From Eledone cirrhosa (Eukaryota), in NCBI GenBank assembly GCA_964016885.1, contig CAXHJY010000105.1:248001-312000 (forward strand): a stretch of 64,000 nt of DNA, in the 5' to 3' direction. The first letter of the stretch is position 1. Each line of letters starts with the position of its first letter. The notes below the pieces were generated by a model. The model searched no databases and had not been told where the DNA came from. It saw only the letters and a list, made by a program, of their open reading frames with translations. This document shows positions 63,101-64,000 of this stretch, one piece after another. A program made the translations under genes and the position numbers.

Positions 63101-64000
63101 TGTGTGAGAGAGAATGTGTGTATGTAAGAGAGAGAGGCAATGTGTGTGAGAGAGAATGTGTGTATGTAAGAGAGGGAGGCAATGTGTGTGAGAGAGAATG
63201 TGTGTATGTAAGAGGGAGGCAATGTGTGTGAGAGAGAATGTGTGTATGTAAGTGAGGGAGGCAATGTGTGTGAGAGAGAATGTGTGTATGTAAGAGAGGG
63301 AGGCAATGTGTGTGAGAGAGAATGTGTGTATGTAAGAGAGAGAGGCAATGTGTGTGAGAGAGATAGTGTGTATGTAAGAGAGGGAGGCAATGTGTGTGAG
63401 AGAGAATGTGTGTATGTAAGAGAGGGAGGCAATGTGTGTGAGAGAGATAGTGTGTATGTAAGAGGGAGGCAATGTGTGTGAGAGAGAATGTGTGTATGTA
63501 AGAGAGGGAGGGGAAATGTGTGTGAGAGATAATGTGTGTATGGAAGAGAGGGAGGCAATGTGTGTGAGAGAGAATGTGTGTATGTAAGAGAGGGAGGCAA
63601 TGTGTGTGAGAGAGAATGTGTGTATGTAAGAGAGGGAGGCAATGTGTGTGTGAGAGAATGTGTGTATGTAAGAGAGAGAGGGGAAATGTGTGTAAGAGAG
63701 GGAGGCAATGTGTGTGTGAGAGAATGTGTGTATGTAAGAGAGAGGGGCAATGTGTGTGAGAGAGGTAGGCAATGTGTGTGTGAGAGAATGTGTGTATGTA
63801 AGAGAGAGGGGCAATGTGTGTGAGAGAGGGAGGCAATGTGTGTGAGAGATAATGTGTGTATGTAAGAGAGGGAGTCAATGTGTGTGTGAGAGAATGTGTG
63901 TATGTAAGAGAGGGAGGCAATGTGTGTGAGAGAGAATGTGTGTATGTAAGAGAGGGAGGCAATGTGTGTGAGAGAGAATGTGTGTATGTAAGAGAGAGAG
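51200..64000 (+). repeat. Satellite domain 2: dominated by the 42-bp GAGAGGGAGGC variant monomer
   Basis: After about 51.2 kb GGGGAAA junctions become rare and AAGAGAGGGAGGCAATG dominates. Domain-specific variants are GAGAGAGATAGTGTGTATG, GGTAGGC, GGAGTCAATG and the 40-bp AAGAGGGAGGC unit. Long in-frame 14-aa repeat ORFs appear on the + strand because 42 is a multiple of 3. Confidence 0.85.
57300..64000 (+). repeat. Higher-order repeat with 4520-bp offset (~57300-59480 matches ~61820-64000), containing a nested 864-bp duplication
   Basis: The GGAGTCAATG marker has its T at 58491, 59355, 63011 and 63875 (spacings 864 and 4520). Matching ORFs lie at 57420/61940, 57884/62404, 58472/62992 and 58704/63224. 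Confidence 0.9.

Larger units (their letters stand above)
1..64000 (+). repeat. Tandem satellite array of 42/44-bp monomers derived from (TG)n/(AG)n microsatellite motifs; runs off both window ends
   Basis: The monomer AATGTGTGTGAGAGA(G/T)AATGTGTGTATGTAAGAGAGAGAG-GC (42 bp) or -GGGA (44 bp) is repeated head-to-tail throughout, always in the same orientation. A 44-bp period is seen directly at 2041/2085. The 42-bp period appears as the 14-aa repeat NVCERECVYVRERG in the + frame translations. Confidence 0.98.

Noticed and set aside
51193-63823. Plus-strand ORFs with the Cys-rich repeat NVCERECVYVREGG, superficially a CxxxC metal-binding repeat
   Set aside because: These are simply the 42-bp monomer read in its one stop-free frame. 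They end whenever a 40- or 44-bp monomer shifts the frame, and they have no unique N- or C-terminal domains or splice context.
845-63962. Giant minus-strand ORFs (up to 4758 aa) encoding His/Thr/Leu/Ser-rich repeats, a tempting 'histidine-rich protein'
   Set aside because: Minus-strand stops need TTA, CTA or TCA on the + strand, and the monomer contains none of these, so all three frames are open simultaneously. The peptides swap frames at every 44-bp monomer or indel. Most listed starts are not ATG but TTG, from the satellite CAA. There is no frame preservation, so these are not genes.
1-64000. Whole array as a CRISPR array or information-storing cassette system
   Set aside because: There are no unique spacers. 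Variation is limited to point changes and dinucleotide slippage that are co-inherited in duplicated blocks, as expected from satellite evolution.
1-64000. Telomeric repeat or telomerase product (G-rich strand bias)
   Set aside because: No TTAGGG-type or other short telomeric unit is present. Variants are propagated in kb-scale blocks, indicating DNA-level duplication rather than templated re-synthesis. A subtelomeric location cannot be excluded.

Overview
The whole 64 kb window is a eukaryotic, head-to-tail tandem satellite array with no credible protein-coding gene. It is built from two related monomers: a 42-bp type, AATGTGTGTGAGAGAGAATGTGTGTATGTAAGAGAGAGAGGC, and a 44-bp type ending ...AGAGAGAGAGGGGA. 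Each monomer is itself two AA(TG)n(AG)n sub-repeats. The + strand has almost no C, which explains the giant His/Thr/Leu/Ser ORFs on the minus strand as artefacts. Only two short non-satellite islands interrupt the array: ~1398-1482 and ~45984-46293. Both look like fragments of SINE-type retroposons. From memory they resemble abundant octopus/cephalopod repeats, which is not verified. Diagnostic monomer variants show a patchwork of higher-order duplications (offsets of about 128, 285, 306, 675, 864, 1870, 2780, 4520 and 5902 bp). There is also a switch in monomer type at about 51.2 kb, from a mixed domain rich in 44-bp units to one dominated by the 42-bp GGGAGGC variant. I found no evidence for a novel coding or defence system. 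The most interesting signals are the array architecture and the two insertions.
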